From the sequence record SRR31156797_2215: a stretch of DNA of 64,000 nucleotides. The stretch is one strand, 5' to 3'. The translations under genes and the position numbers were made by a program. The notes beneath the pieces were generated by a model. That model had not been told where the DNA came from. It ran no database searches and worked only from the letters and a program-made list of their open reading frames with translations. Shown piece by piece: positions 8,974 through 23,242 of the stretch. Positions within the stretch are counted from its first letter, which is position 1. Every line of letters begins with the position of its first letter.

Positions 8974-10766
8974 AAAAAATCAGTCATCTCTCACTTTTTC
9001 GTCGTCTGAGTCAGTTTTCCATTCGGCGACAATTATTCATTCTTTATCTGCCTGTTGTTTTTTTATCCACAGTGACTATTGGTCTCTTATTGGTCTACGA
9101 TTCAACCAAGCAGCTGACAGGCAATTACCAACACTTGGCAGAGTTGAATGCTCAGCGTGTCAAATCTGTTCTTTTTGATACAACAAACACGCTGACCAAC
9201 ACGGCGAGTTCCTTATCAAACGATACTCATCTACGTCAGCTTTTAACTGCAAATTACCTTGACGACCAAGAAGCGATCGTGGACATCAATAGCTATGATC
9301 AGCTAGATGAGATCAGAAATCTTCAAACCTCGATTGCGAAATTAACTATCTATACGACGAATCAAACCATTCCGAACTATAAATATTTTCAACAGGCAGA
9401 TGACACAATTCAAGCGACCGCCTGGTACCAACGAGCCCTCAAGCAACCCGATGCTTTTTTGATGACGATGCCAGAGGATTACAAAGCAAATCGTTTGAGT
9501 CTTTATAAAACGTTGCCTTTGCCTTTATCAAAAGAAACTGCCGTTTTGGAGATCCAAGTCGATTATAATTATCTCAGCAACCGACTTCGTAATTCATCCT
9601 ATGAATTGGAATTACAGTTAAATGATGATGTCATCTTTTATAGCGACAAAATCAATCAAGTCGGTGAACCGGGACAGCTTACGACTCTTTCTGAGCCGCA
9701 AACGAGTGCTGCCTTTTTAAAAGATGATGGTACCAAGGTGATGCTCACCAAAAGCACCTTACCCATGAGTAACAAAGAAGACATCATCACAATTTATAGT
9801 GCGGATACAAATGCCTATAGCAATCTACGCGCCAATCTGATCCGTTGGAGCACGATCGTTTTGGTGATTTTGATCACTACTTTCATCATCGTCTTTCTGT
9901 TTGCTCGATTCTTTACCAAACGAATTTCTCAACTGCAGCAGGCGGTCTACTTTGCCTCGATCGAGGATTATGATTTCTTTCAAAATATTAGTGGCGAAGA
10001 CGAAATTTCTCAGATCTCTCTTGATTTCCATAAGATCATTCAACGAATCAAGAAAAAAGAAGAAGAGATCTACCGTTCGCGTCTGGCGCAGCAAGAGCTA
10101 TTGACTCAGCAGCAGCAAATGGAATTTAATATCTTAGCGGGGCAGATCAACCCCCACTTCTTGTTCAATACATTAGAAACGATTCGTATGATGGCGCTGA
10201 CTTCTGGCAATTCTGACGTCGTTTATGCCATCAAGTTACTTGCAAAATCGATGCGCTATACGCTAGAAGCCCACGGAACCAAGCGAACGAGCTTAGAAGA
10301 GTCCTTAGACGCGGTTCACGTGTATGTCAAGATCCAGCGGATGCGCTTTGGCGATCGAGTCAACTTTTCCTATTCAGTCTCCAATGAGATCGACCAAAAA
10401 GAAGTCCAAATATTGCCCCTCCTGATTCAACCATTGGTGGAAAACGCCATCTCCCATGGCTTGGAAGGCATCACCTATCCAGGGTTTGTCCGTTTGACGA
10501 TCACCAAAGACGGCCATGATCTGGTAATCGTGGTACAAGACAACGGCAGCGGGATACCGCCAGAAAAACTCGAACACTTGCAGCAAAAAATCAAGACGCC
10601 CTCCACCCATGCCAAAAAGAACATTGGGCTAGCCAATGTCAATCATCGGGTCAAAATGTTTTATGGACCTGAATACGGCTTGACGATCGAGAGTGTGCTG
10701 GGCAGTGGCACACAAGTTACCTTGCGGATCCACGATCTAAGCCAAGATTCATTTTCTCCTCGCTAA
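8970..10766 (+). CDS. YesM-like sensor histidine kinase
   Basis: Two TM segments, HAMP, QINPHFLFNTLE H-box, QPLVENAISHG, DNGSG, IGLANV. Confidence 0.93.
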   Translation: MKKISHLSLFRRLSQFSIRRQLFILYLPVVFLSTVTIGLLLVYDSTKQLTGNYQHLAELNAQRVKSVLFDTTNTLTNTASSLSNDTHLRQLLTANYLDDQEAIVDINSYDQLDEIRNLQTSIAKLTIYTTNQTIPNYKYFQQADDTIQATAWYQRALKQPDAFLMTMPEDYKANRLSLYKTLPLPLSKETAVLEIQVDYNYLSNRLRNSSYELELQLNDDVIFYSDKINQVGEPGQLTTLSEPQTSAAFLKDDGTKVMLTKSTLPMSNKEDIITIYSADTNAYSNLRANLIRWSTIVLVILITTFIIVFLFARFFTKRISQLQQAVYFASIEDYDFFQNISGEDEISQISLDFHKIIQRIKKKEEEIYRSRLAQQELLTQQQQMEFNILAGQINPHFLFNTLETIRMMALTSGNSDVVYAIKLLAKSMRYTLEAHGTKRTSLEESLDAVHVYVKIQRMRFGDRVNFSYSVSNEIDQKEVQILPLLIQPLVENAISHGLEGITYPGFVRLTITKDGHDLVIVVQDNGSGIPPEKLEHLQQKIKTPSTHAKKNIGLANVNHRVKMFYGPEYGLTIESVLGSGTQVTLRIHDLSQDSFSPR

Positions 10767-10772
10767 AACAGT

Positions 10773-10818
10773 AAAGCCCCCCTTCGATTCCTGTTTCAGA
10801 AATCGAAGGGGGGCTTTT
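10773..10818. terminator. Bidirectional intrinsic terminator
   Basis: AAAGCCCCCCTTCGATT...AATCGAAGGGGGGCTTTT between convergent genes. Confidence 0.9.
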
Positions 10819-10824
10819 GATTGA

Positions 10825-12288
10825 TTAGAAATCCCGCACACGAACGGTTTGTTGTGGTGAAGAAGCACTGGCGTAACAGCCCACCATGATTCCAGTAAAG
10901 ACACCACCGACCTCAGTGGTCAGATATTTTGTTTCTCCACTGCCTAAAGGCTGTGCTTGTCCTTGTTCATCAAGAACAGAAAAACGATAGGTTTCTTTAT
11001 CGGCGCTCAGCTGCAAGGTGACTGTATCCGCTGCATAAGGCAGTTTCTTTTCCACTTTCCATAAGGAACCGATTTGTCGGCGGAAAACTAGCTGCTGACT
11101 GGACGCCGTTTTTTCTAGGTATCCCTCATAGTGATGGGTGGCATTTAAGAAAACCGTCAATCCTGCTTGTCCATCCGTTAGTTGCCGACAATCAAAGGTT
11201 ACCTGAAATTGTTGCTCAAAGGCGGTTTGCCGTTGGAACACTGCGGCGAGTTTGCCTTGATCAGATAGACCCGTCTGATTAGGATGCAGCAAGAAGCCAT
11301 GCGGCTCTTCTTCAATCAACGTCGGGTCCCATTCGAATAAAGTCACGTAATCAGGCTTGCTGCTCTTCTTTTGTGTTTCCTTTGGTGCCGCCGCTGTGTC
11401 TACCTGAATGATTTCTGGCAAGTGACCTTCCTCGCCAAACACCGGCCATGGGTTTGACCAGTCCACCGGTAGCAGGCATGTTTCCCGACCTAGCAAATGC
11501 CTCAAAGGATAGCTGATGGGGCGTACTGCCAGACAAACTGCCCACCAATTGCCTTGGGTATCTTGCACGAGGTCCGCATGCCCTGCAGCTTGCAGCGGCA
11601 GATTCGTACTGCGATTGGTCATCACTGGATTGTTGGGGCATGCTTCATAGGGTCCCGTCAAGGAACGGCTGCGGGCCATGGTCAGCATATGCCCATAGGA
11701 CGTTCCGCCTTCGGAGATCAACAGGTAGTAATAGCCGTCTTTGTTATACAAGTGGGGGCCTTCTGGATCAGCCGCTCCGCTGCCAGTCCAAATGTTTTGG
11801 CGCGGGCCTAATTCTCCAGAAGCCAAATCGATCGTCCGCAGATAGATCTCCTTATGGGTGCCTAAGTAATAGGTCTGCCCATCGTCATCTGCGAAAATCG
11901 TCGGGTCGATCCCAGGAGTGTCCAACCAAATCGGGGCAGACCATTCACCGGCGATGTCATCTGTCCAGATCAGAAAGTTGCCTTCTCTTCCTTCGTTTGC
12001 CCCAACGTTGGTACAAACGAGGTAAAAGCGGTCCTTGATAAAACGCAAGGTTGGGGCATACAGACCAAAAGCATTGGGATTTTCCGTCGATAACTGCAGC
12101 TGCTCAGGTCGCGAAAGTCCATGACCAATCAGCTGCCAGTCTGCCAAGTTTTTACTGTGATAAATTGGTAATCCAGGAAAATATTCAAAAGTACTCGTCA
12201 CCAGATAAAAGTCTTCACCGACACGGCAAATACTGGGATCTGGATGAAATCCAGGTAAAATTGGATTCGTGATGGTTCGCATCGGCAT
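10825..12288 (-). CDS. GH43 beta-xylosidase/alpha-arabinofuranosidase
   Basis: NPILPGFHPDPSICR, IDP, EGPHLY, GHADLV, LGRET. Confidence 0.9.
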   Translation of the reverse strand: MPMRTITNPILPGFHPDPSICRVGEDFYLVTSTFEYFPGLPIYHSKNLADWQLIGHGLSRPEQLQLSTENPNAFGLYAPTLRFIKDRFYLVCTNVGANEGREGNFLIWTDDIAGEWSAPIWLDTPGIDPTIFADDDGQTYYLGTHKEIYLRTIDLASGELGPRQNIWTGSGAADPEGPHLYNKDGYYYLLISEGGTSYGHMLTMARSRSLTGPYEACPNNPVMTNRSTNLPLQAAGHADLVQDTQGNWWAVCLAVRPISYPLRHLLGRETCLLPVDWSNPWPVFGEEGHLPEIIQVDTAAAPKETQKKSSKPDYVTLFEWDPTLIEEEPHGFLLHPNQTGLSDQGKLAAVFQRQTAFEQQFQVTFDCRQLTDGQAGLTVFLNATHHYEGYLEKTASSQQLVFRRQIGSLWKVEKKLPYAADTVTLQLSADKETYRFSVLDEQGQAQPLGSGETKYLTTEVGGVFTGIMVGCYASASSPQQTVRVRDF

Positions 12289-14559
12289 CTAGAACTCCTT
12301 TATCGTGGTTTGGTCAGCCGTCAGCTTATGGCTCGTTTTTCCAGCAGTCGTGTGAATCTGCAAGGATGCTTGCTGGATCCCTGTCAGCTTGACGATCAGT
12401 TCTTGATCGACTCTTTCAACAGCCACCTCGCCAATCCACTCACCGTGGTGATCATAGATAGCCGCAGCGGTCTTGTCTTGCGGATCAAAGAGATGGATCG
12501 TTGGATGTTCGGCATAGTCATAGACTGCTTTGGTTTGTTCATGGCCTTCGATAATCAGTTGATTTGGTCGGACTAACAGTGGCAAGTGGAAATAATCATA
12601 GGTTTCTTGGTACCAACGTCCGCCCTCGTAAGCTTTGCCAGATAAATAGTCGATCCAATGCCCCTTCGTCTTCGGTACGTAAAAGGAGACCGTTCCTTGA
12701 TCATTAAAAATAGGCGCAACTAAAAGGTGTTCCCCCAGCATGTATTGGCGATCCAAATGATGGGTCATCTCGTCTTCAGGAAACTCTAAGACCATCGCCC
12801 GCATCATCGGAATCCCCGTTTGGGCGGTTAGCACCGATTGAGCTTGCAAGTAAGGCATCAAGGACAATTTTAACTTGGTAAAGGCTTTGGCTACCGCCAC
12901 GGCTTCGTCGTCATAAACCCAAGGCACTTTGTATTCCCAGCTGCCATGGTAACGGCTATGGGAAGACAGCAGACCAAATTGTGTCCAGCGCTTGTAAAGG
13001 TCTGGGGTTGAGCCAGCTTCAAACCCTGAGATATCGTGGCTCCAATACCCAAAGCCGCCTAACCCAAAGGACAGACCTGCCCGCAGTGACTCTGCCATTG
13101 ATGGATAATCTGAGGTACTGTCGCCACCCCAGTGTACAGGCAAGCGTTGCGAACCAACCGAAGCTGCCCGCGCAAAAACGATGGCTTCTTCTGCTCCCTT
13201 GACTTCTTTCAGCAAGTCAAAGACGACTTTATTGTATAGGTAGGCGTAATAATTGTGCATTTTTTCTGGATCAGAGCCGTCATAGTACACCGCATCGGTG
13301 GGAATCCGTTCGCCAAAATCCGTTTTGAAGCAATCCACACCCATGTCTAATAAGGCACGCAGCTTGCTATTGTACCAAGCGACCGCTTCAGGGTTGGTGA
13401 AGTCGACGATCGCCAAACCTGCTTGCCATTTGTCCCATTGCCAGACATCTCCATTGGCGCGTTTCAAAAAGTAGCCATTGGCCATCCCTTCGTCAAACAA
13501 GGGTGATTTTTGCCCAATGTAAGGATTGATCCAGACACAGATTTTCAATCCTTTGGCTTTCAAGCGCTGCAGCATTTTTTCCGGTTCTGGGAAAGTTCGT
13601 TCGTCCCACGTGAAGTTGCACCACTCGTATTCCTTCATCCATAAGCAGTCAAAATGAAAGACCTCAAGGGGAATCTCACGTTCTGCCATACCGTCTACAA
13701 AAGATGTTACGGTTTGTTCATCATAATCCGTCAAGAACGAGGTACTTAGCCACAACCCAAAGGACCACGCAGGTGGCAGCGACGGTTTCCCCGTCAAATC
13801 AGTGTAGCGCTGGATCACTTGTTTTAACTCATCACCGGCGATCACAAAGTACTGCAGCGTTTGTCCTGGATTGCTGAATTGAACACGAGAAACTTTTTCA
13901 CTCCCCACTTCAAATTGCACCCGGTCGGGTGAATTGACAAAGACGCCATACCCTTTATTACTTACATAAAACGGAATATTTTTGTAAGCTTGCTCCGTAC
14001 CAGTGCCCCCGTCGGCATTCCAAATATCAACACTTTGGCCATTTTTCACGAAATTAGTAAAGCGTTCCCCTAAACCATAGATCGTTTCTCCCACATCCAG
14101 GGTCAACTGTTCGCTGATATGGGTATTTGCTTGCGGATCAATCACTAAGGCTTTGCTGCGAGGTTTGCTTTGGGTAATCAGCTGTTCTTTGTAATAAAAC
14201 GAAGCTGTCACATTTTCCTCTTTGCTGATCACGACTTGCAAGTCTCCGGAGCGAAAAACATAGGATTGCTCGTCTTCTGAAATATCAGGAGTGATCGCTT
14301 CTGTCATCAATTCAAAATCGGGGGCTTTGGCTTGGACCCCTTTATAGTTATAGAGGGTGATCCCAATGATATTGCTTCTAGGGGTAGCGACTTCCATCGT
14401 TAACAATCCGCCATCCAACGTTGCCCCTTTATGCCCGACATAGCTATAAGGCAGATATAAGACCAATTTGTTTTCTTCTTTACGGGCATCGTAGACATGC
14501 ACCGCAAATTTCACATCAAATCCTTCACGAAATAACCAACCGCCATCTGAAAATTTCAT
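12289..14559 (-). CDS. yicI: Alpha-xylosidase, GH31
   Basis: MKFSDGGW N-terminus, FHFDCLWM, GVDCFKTDFGERIP, WSHDI, SSHSRYHG. Confidence 0.93.
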   Translation of the reverse strand: MKFSDGGWLFREGFDVKFAVHVYDARKEENKLVLYLPYSYVGHKGATLDGGLLTMEVATPRSNIIGITLYNYKGVQAKAPDFELMTEAITPDISEDEQSYVFRSGDLQVVISKEENVTASFYYKEQLITQSKPRSKALVIDPQANTHISEQLTLDVGETIYGLGERFTNFVKNGQSVDIWNADGGTGTEQAYKNIPFYVSNKGYGVFVNSPDRVQFEVGSEKVSRVQFSNPGQTLQYFVIAGDELKQVIQRYTDLTGKPSLPPAWSFGLWLSTSFLTDYDEQTVTSFVDGMAEREIPLEVFHFDCLWMKEYEWCNFTWDERTFPEPEKMLQRLKAKGLKICVWINPYIGQKSPLFDEGMANGYFLKRANGDVWQWDKWQAGLAIVDFTNPEAVAWYNSKLRALLDMGVDCFKTDFGERIPTDAVYYDGSDPEKMHNYYAYLYNKVVFDLLKEVKGAEEAIVFARAASVGSQRLPVHWGGDSTSDYPSMAESLRAGLSFGLGGFGYWSHDISGFEAGSTPDLYKRWTQFGLLSSHSRYHGSWEYKVPWVYDDEAVAVAKAFTKLKLSLMPYLQAQSVLTAQTGIPMMRAMVLEFPEDEMTHHLDRQYMLGEHLLVAPIFNDQGTVSFYVPKTKGHWIDYLSGKAYEGGRWYQETYDYFHLPLLVRPNQLIIEGHEQTKAVYDYAEHPTIHLFDPQDKTAAAIYDHHGEWIGEVAVERVDQELIVKLTGIQQASLQIHTTAGKTSHKLTADQTTIKEF

Positions 14560-15455
14560 TTTTTTCCTCCTTGTTGGATCAATGTCAACGCCCCTAACAG
14601 ACCAGAATCATTATAGTAACGACAAGTCTCGATCGGCACTTGGAAATCCGGCCAATGGGGGTTCTCATTGATTGCTTGTTTGATTATAGCTAATAGATCA
14701 GGGTTTTGGCTGATGCCGCCGCCGATCAGTATTTTTTCGGGATTCATCGTGACAGCTAGGTTGTAAATCGCAAGTGCGACATAACGTGCCCACTGTTTCA
14801 GAATCTCCTGCGTTTCAAGATCACTCGACCGCTGTTGCATGATGGTTTCGCCTAAAATCTCCTCTGATTCAGGAATCGCTTTTGCCCGTCGATAGGCAGC
14901 AATCAGTCCTCTCGTTGAAGCTAGATCATGGAGGGTCGCAAAAGAAGATGCTTGAAAATCAGTGATCATCATTCCGAATTCTCCTGCCCGAAACCCATTT
15001 CCGTGAATCAACTGGCGCTGATGAACGAGCGCGCCACCAATACCGGTGCCTAATGTGATCATGACAAAATCTTGTACGTCAGTAGCATTGCCGGTCGAGA
15101 GTTCTGCTAAAGCAGCACATTTCGCATCATTTTCGATCCAGATCGGATAAGACTTGGTTAAACGCTGCTGTAGCTCTTGTACGACAGCACAGCCGTGTAA
15201 AGGAGCCAACGCCCCCGCCATGATCGCTCGGCCATTGACTGAATCAATGAAACCAGGAAAACTCAGCCCGATCCCTTCGATAACATGCGCTTGCTCGACT
15301 TCTTGTATTTTGGCAGCTAAGGCAGCAAAAAATTCATCCCGCGTATTACTCGGGGTTTTGATTTTGCCTCGGTCCAGCCATTGATTCTTCTCGGTAAAAA
15401 CCCCGAATTTGATATAGGTCCCGCCTACATCAAAGCACAGGCGTACATCTGTCAT
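14556..15455 (-). CDS. ROK family sugar kinase, BglK-like (beta-glucoside kinase candidate)
   Basis: FDVGGT, ENDAKCAALAE, TLGTGIGG, AGEFG; no HTH and no CxCGxxGC zinc motif; start 15455 after GGAGGAGG. Confidence 0.8.
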   Translation of the reverse strand: MTDVRLCFDVGGTYIKFGVFTEKNQWLDRGKIKTPSNTRDEFFAALAAKIQEVEQAHVIEGIGLSFPGFIDSVNGRAIMAGALAPLHGCAVVQELQQRLTKSYPIWIENDAKCAALAELSTGNATDVQDFVMITLGTGIGGALVHQRQLIHGNGFRAGEFGMMITDFQASSFATLHDLASTRGLIAAYRRAKAIPESEEILGETIMQQRSSDLETQEILKQWARYVALAIYNLAVTMNPEKILIGGGISQNPDLLAIIKQAINENPHWPDFQVPIETCRYYNDSGLLGALTLIQQGGKK

Positions 15456-15471
15456 TTCTCCTCCTCCGTTC

Positions 15472-15485
15472 AAAAAGCGCTTACA
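15472..15485 (-). promoter_or_regulatory. cre-like site TGTAAGCGCTTTTT
   Basis: Downstream of a TATAAT (15497-15502) and upstream of the ROK RBS. Confidence 0.55.
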
Positions 15486-15599
15486 GTTTCATTTAAATTA
15501 TATAAAAGAAAAAAAAGAAAGCCTACTTCTCAGAATAGACTTTCTTACTATAAAAATTAGCTTTTTTCTGTCTCCGATAGGCAATAGGATACTTCTTTT

Positions 15600-18888
<3,289 letters not shown>

Positions 18889-18912
18889 AGTTATTCTCCT
18901 TTTGCGTATAAT

Positions 18913-18998
18913 AAAAAGCGTGATCTAGAAGACACCTCAAACAAAAGACTCGTTTGAGTGCTCACTCTAGGTCACGCCTGCTTTACCAGTAACGATCC
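18913..18998 (-). promoter_or_regulatory. RAT antiterminator plus overlapping terminator upstream of the PTS gene
   Basis: GGATCGTTACTGGTAAAGCAGGCGTGACC resembles the BglG/LicT RAT; its 3' end GCGTGACCTAGA pairs with TCTAGATCACGC followed by TTTTT. Confidence 0.88.
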
Positions 18999-18999
18999 G

Positions 19000-19830
19000 T
19001 TAAGATGCCAATCTATTTAAATGTAAGGTTAAATACAACACTTCATCTTCAGTGATTTCCCACTGATACCTATTTTCCAGAAATTGCTTGATTTTCATAG
19101 CACACTCATAATCCAACGGATATTTCAATTGAATCACATCTAATAAACTAGACGCTGGTTGAGCTGGTAGCTCATTGCTCATCTGTCGTTTAACAAAATA
19201 GCGAATGTGAGTGATGAATCGGGAAAAATAAATAGAGTCTTGTCTGAATTCTTTGCCATAATGATAATTGATGATCGTCAAAATATCTTTCATGACTTTG
19301 GAAATCAGCATTGTTTCTTCCATTCCGTTGTTATCTCCTAAAAAATTCACGAAATGCAGCGTAATAAAAGCAGCCTCATCTTGCGGAATATTCAGATGTG
19401 TTCGCTTTTGCATCAGCTCAACCGCTTGAAGACCAATTTCATATTCTTTCGGGTACACCTGCTTTAATTCCCATTCTAGGGGTGTTTGAATTTTCATCCC
19501 TTCACTTGCCCTCGTCAGAGCAAAACCGATATGGTCTGCAAGTGCCACTAGCAGTGCAGGATTGCTTTCGCATTGAAACGCTTCCTCAAACAATTTTAAA
19601 ATATCGCTGGCCAGTTGCAGATCACGATATTCAATCCGTTTAAGCAGCTGTTCCAAATCTGCAATGCTTTTTTGGTCGTTAATGATGAATCGCTTTTCTA
19701 TTTTCTTTTGATCGACAGTGTCGCCTGGCTTCAAACCAAAGCCGATGCCGCTCCCCATCACAACTTCTTCTTGGTGATTGTCGTTCAGGACTAATGAAGC
19801 ATTATTATTAAATACTTTGACGATTTCCAT
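19000..19830 (-). CDS. BglG/LicT family PRD antiterminator
   Basis: IVKVFNNN and GSGIGF CAT domain, LADHI, ITLHF, HIRYF, LTLHL; AGGAGG RBS before ATG 19830. Confidence 0.93.
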   Translation of the reverse strand: MEIVKVFNNNASLVLNDNHQEEVVMGSGIGFGLKPGDTVDQKKIEKRFIINDQKSIADLEQLLKRIEYRDLQLASDILKLFEEAFQCESNPALLVALADHIGFALTRASEGMKIQTPLEWELKQVYPKEYEIGLQAVELMQKRTHLNIPQDEAAFITLHFVNFLGDNNGMEETMLISKVMKDILTIINYHYGKEFRQDSIYFSRFITHIRYFVKRQMSNELPAQPASSLLDVIQLKYPLDYECAMKIKQFLENRYQWEITEDEVLYLTLHLNRLAS

Positions 19831-19855
19831 GGTCAACACCTCCTAAAATAAAACA

Positions 19856-19954
19856 AAAAAATAACGTCACCAACTAGCTATGATCTTTTTCCAAAACAAA
19901 CGAATGGAGAAAATCTCATACCTGTGGTCACGCCTGCATTATCAGTAACGATCC
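19856..19954 (-). promoter_or_regulatory. RAT plus terminator upstream of the antiterminator gene (autoregulation)
   Basis: GGATCGTTACTGATAATGCAGGCGTGACC at 19954-19926, then an imperfect hairpin and T-tract. Confidence 0.82.
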
Positions 19955-19963
19955 GATGCACTT

Positions 19964-19993
19964 ACTATACTTCAAAATGAAAACGACGTCAAT
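19964..19993 (-). promoter_or_regulatory. SigmaA promoter TTGACG-17-TATAGT with overlapping cre-like TGAAAACGACGTCAA
   Basis: Correct spacing; sits just upstream of the RAT. Confidence 0.7.
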
Positions 19994-20040
19994 AGCTTTT
20001 TAAAGCATTTTCTTGTATGGGTTTCTGACGAGATTATTCA

Positions 20041-20087
20041 AAAAAGTGGCGACAGAAAAAGACGCGTTGTCTCTTGCTGCCGCCATG
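20041..20087 (-). terminator. Intrinsic terminator after the response regulator
   Basis: TGGCGGCAGCAAGAGAC..GTCTTTTTCTGTCGCCA followed by CTTTTTT. Confidence 0.7.
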
Positions 20088-20191
20088 CGAACCTGTAATG
20101 CCGCTTTTTCTTTTAACAAATTTCTCTTTTCATTGCCCATTCGATGGGCTGTTTTCCTGAAAAACAGCTGCTCATGTATCAGCGAATTTTC

Positions 20192-21598
20192 TTATGTTTT
20201 TCGAAACTCATTCGGCGAAACCTGATGGTATTGTTTGAACTTTTTGTAGAAATAATCAACATTGCTGTAGCCCACCAATTCAGCAACTTCGTAGACCATT
20301 AGATTGGAATGACGTAAGATTTCCACCGCTTTTTCCATTCGCACTTCATCCAAGAACGCCAAATAATTTTTACCGGTTTCTTTGCGAAACTTCTTGCCTA
20401 GATAGGCACTATTGTAATTGAAACGTTCCCCGATTTTTTTCAAGGTCAAATCTTCTTGATAATGCTTTTTTGTGTATTGGATCAATTCTGCAATGATATC
20501 GATTTGGTTCAAACTGCTGGCGACTGTTGCTTGCAAGTCTGCTAGTTTTGCGGTGATCACCTCTTGTAGCATCGGAAACGTTTGGGCGAGAAAAATCTGC
20601 TGATGCACTTCGTCTGTCGACCATTCGATCGCTAATGCTACTTTTTCACTGATTTGATGCTGCAGCCATTCGATGTCGCCATTGATTTGCCATTTGATCT
20701 CTTCTTCCAATGCCAATGAATGATAAAAGGTTTGATAATAGCGGGATAACGGCTGTTCCAATGGATCGTTTGCCAAAATCGCCTTAACTAATTCTTCACG
20801 CAAATCGCTTCGTTCTTCTGCTTCTTGCGTCGTATCCAAAACATGGTGAGAAATGACTTGATTGGGAAATAAGAAAATCAATTTACTCAATGTCTGGATA
20901 TCGATCATCAATGGCTTCAAGTTCTCTTGCGCCGCAAACCAGCGGGAGATCAAGATCTCTTGATGAGCCATTTTTTTGCGGCACCACGCATCGATCGCCT
21001 CGTCGGGAAAGCGTTCCTCGTTTAACAAAACCAAATACCGATGATGCCGATGGATCAAGGTGATGACTTGCGCCACTTGCTCCTGCAATTTCTCAACCAG
21101 CTTTTGGGCATCTGCCTCCTCGGAAAGTCGCAATAGCTTGATGGCTTGTGCGTCTTTGATCCCCGTTTGATCCCCGCCAAACAATTTCTCCATCAACTGA
21201 CTCTTCTGATTTTTCTGCTGATCGGTCTTGGCTTTTTGATCGATTTTCGTCAAAATACCGATCAGCTCTTCTTCATCAACTGGTTTCAGCAAATAGGTCA
21301 CAGCGCCCAGTTGCAAAGCTTGCTTGGCATAGTCAAAATCTGAGTAGCCGGACAAAATAATGGCAAAAAACAAAAGCCCTTCCTCCGATGCTGCTTGCAC
21401 CATCTCAAGACCATTTTTTCCCGGCATACGGATATCAGCGATCACAACGTCTGGCTTCAATTCGCGGATCATTGCCAAGCCAGCTTCGCCGTTTTCCGCC
21501 GACCCGACGATTTGATACCCCAGACGTTCCCAATCGATGATCAGAGGCAGTCCATTTCGGATCGATGCTTCATCATCAACGATCAACACTTTACGCAT
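20192..21598 (-). CDS. YesN-like response regulator (receiver + AraC HTH)
   Basis: VLIVDDE, DIRMP, YLLKP; C-terminal AYLGKKFRKETG...VGYSNVDYFYKKFK. Confidence 0.93.
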   Translation of the reverse strand: MRKVLIVDDEASIRNGLPLIIDWERLGYQIVGSAENGEAGLAMIRELKPDVVIADIRMPGKNGLEMVQAASEEGLLFFAIILSGYSDFDYAKQALQLGAVTYLLKPVDEEELIGILTKIDQKAKTDQQKNQKSQLMEKLFGGDQTGIKDAQAIKLLRLSEEADAQKLVEKLQEQVAQVITLIHRHHRYLVLLNEERFPDEAIDAWCRKKMAHQEILISRWFAAQENLKPLMIDIQTLSKLIFLFPNQVISHHVLDTTQEAEERSDLREELVKAILANDPLEQPLSRYYQTFYHSLALEEEIKWQINGDIEWLQHQISEKVALAIEWSTDEVHQQIFLAQTFPMLQEVITAKLADLQATVASSLNQIDIIAELIQYTKKHYQEDLTLKKIGERFNYNSAYLGKKFRKETGKNYLAFLDEVRMEKAVEILRHSNLMVYEVAELVGYSNVDYFYKKFKQYHQVSPNEFRKT

Positions 21599-21634
21599 TT
21601 TCCAACCTCCATTTTCAGCTACTCCTTCGTTACA

Positions 21635-23131
<1,497 letters not shown>

Positions 23132-23145
23132 TTAAATCGGTTACA
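23132..23145 (-). promoter_or_regulatory. cre-like site TGTAACCGATTTAA
   Basis: Between a putative TG-extended -10 and the GH1 RBS. Confidence 0.45.
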
Positions 23146-23242
23146 TTTTATCGTATCATAATTTGGTTGATTCGTAACAATTGCCAAAAGATATTTTTTA
23201 GGTGAAAAAACTGTCGCTCCTCAGAACGACAGTCGTTTCTTA

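Noticed and set aside
20013-20225. 70-aa plus-strand ORF, or a short minus-strand peptide, between the regulator and bglG
   Set aside because: No RBS; the region is explained by a terminator and promoter.
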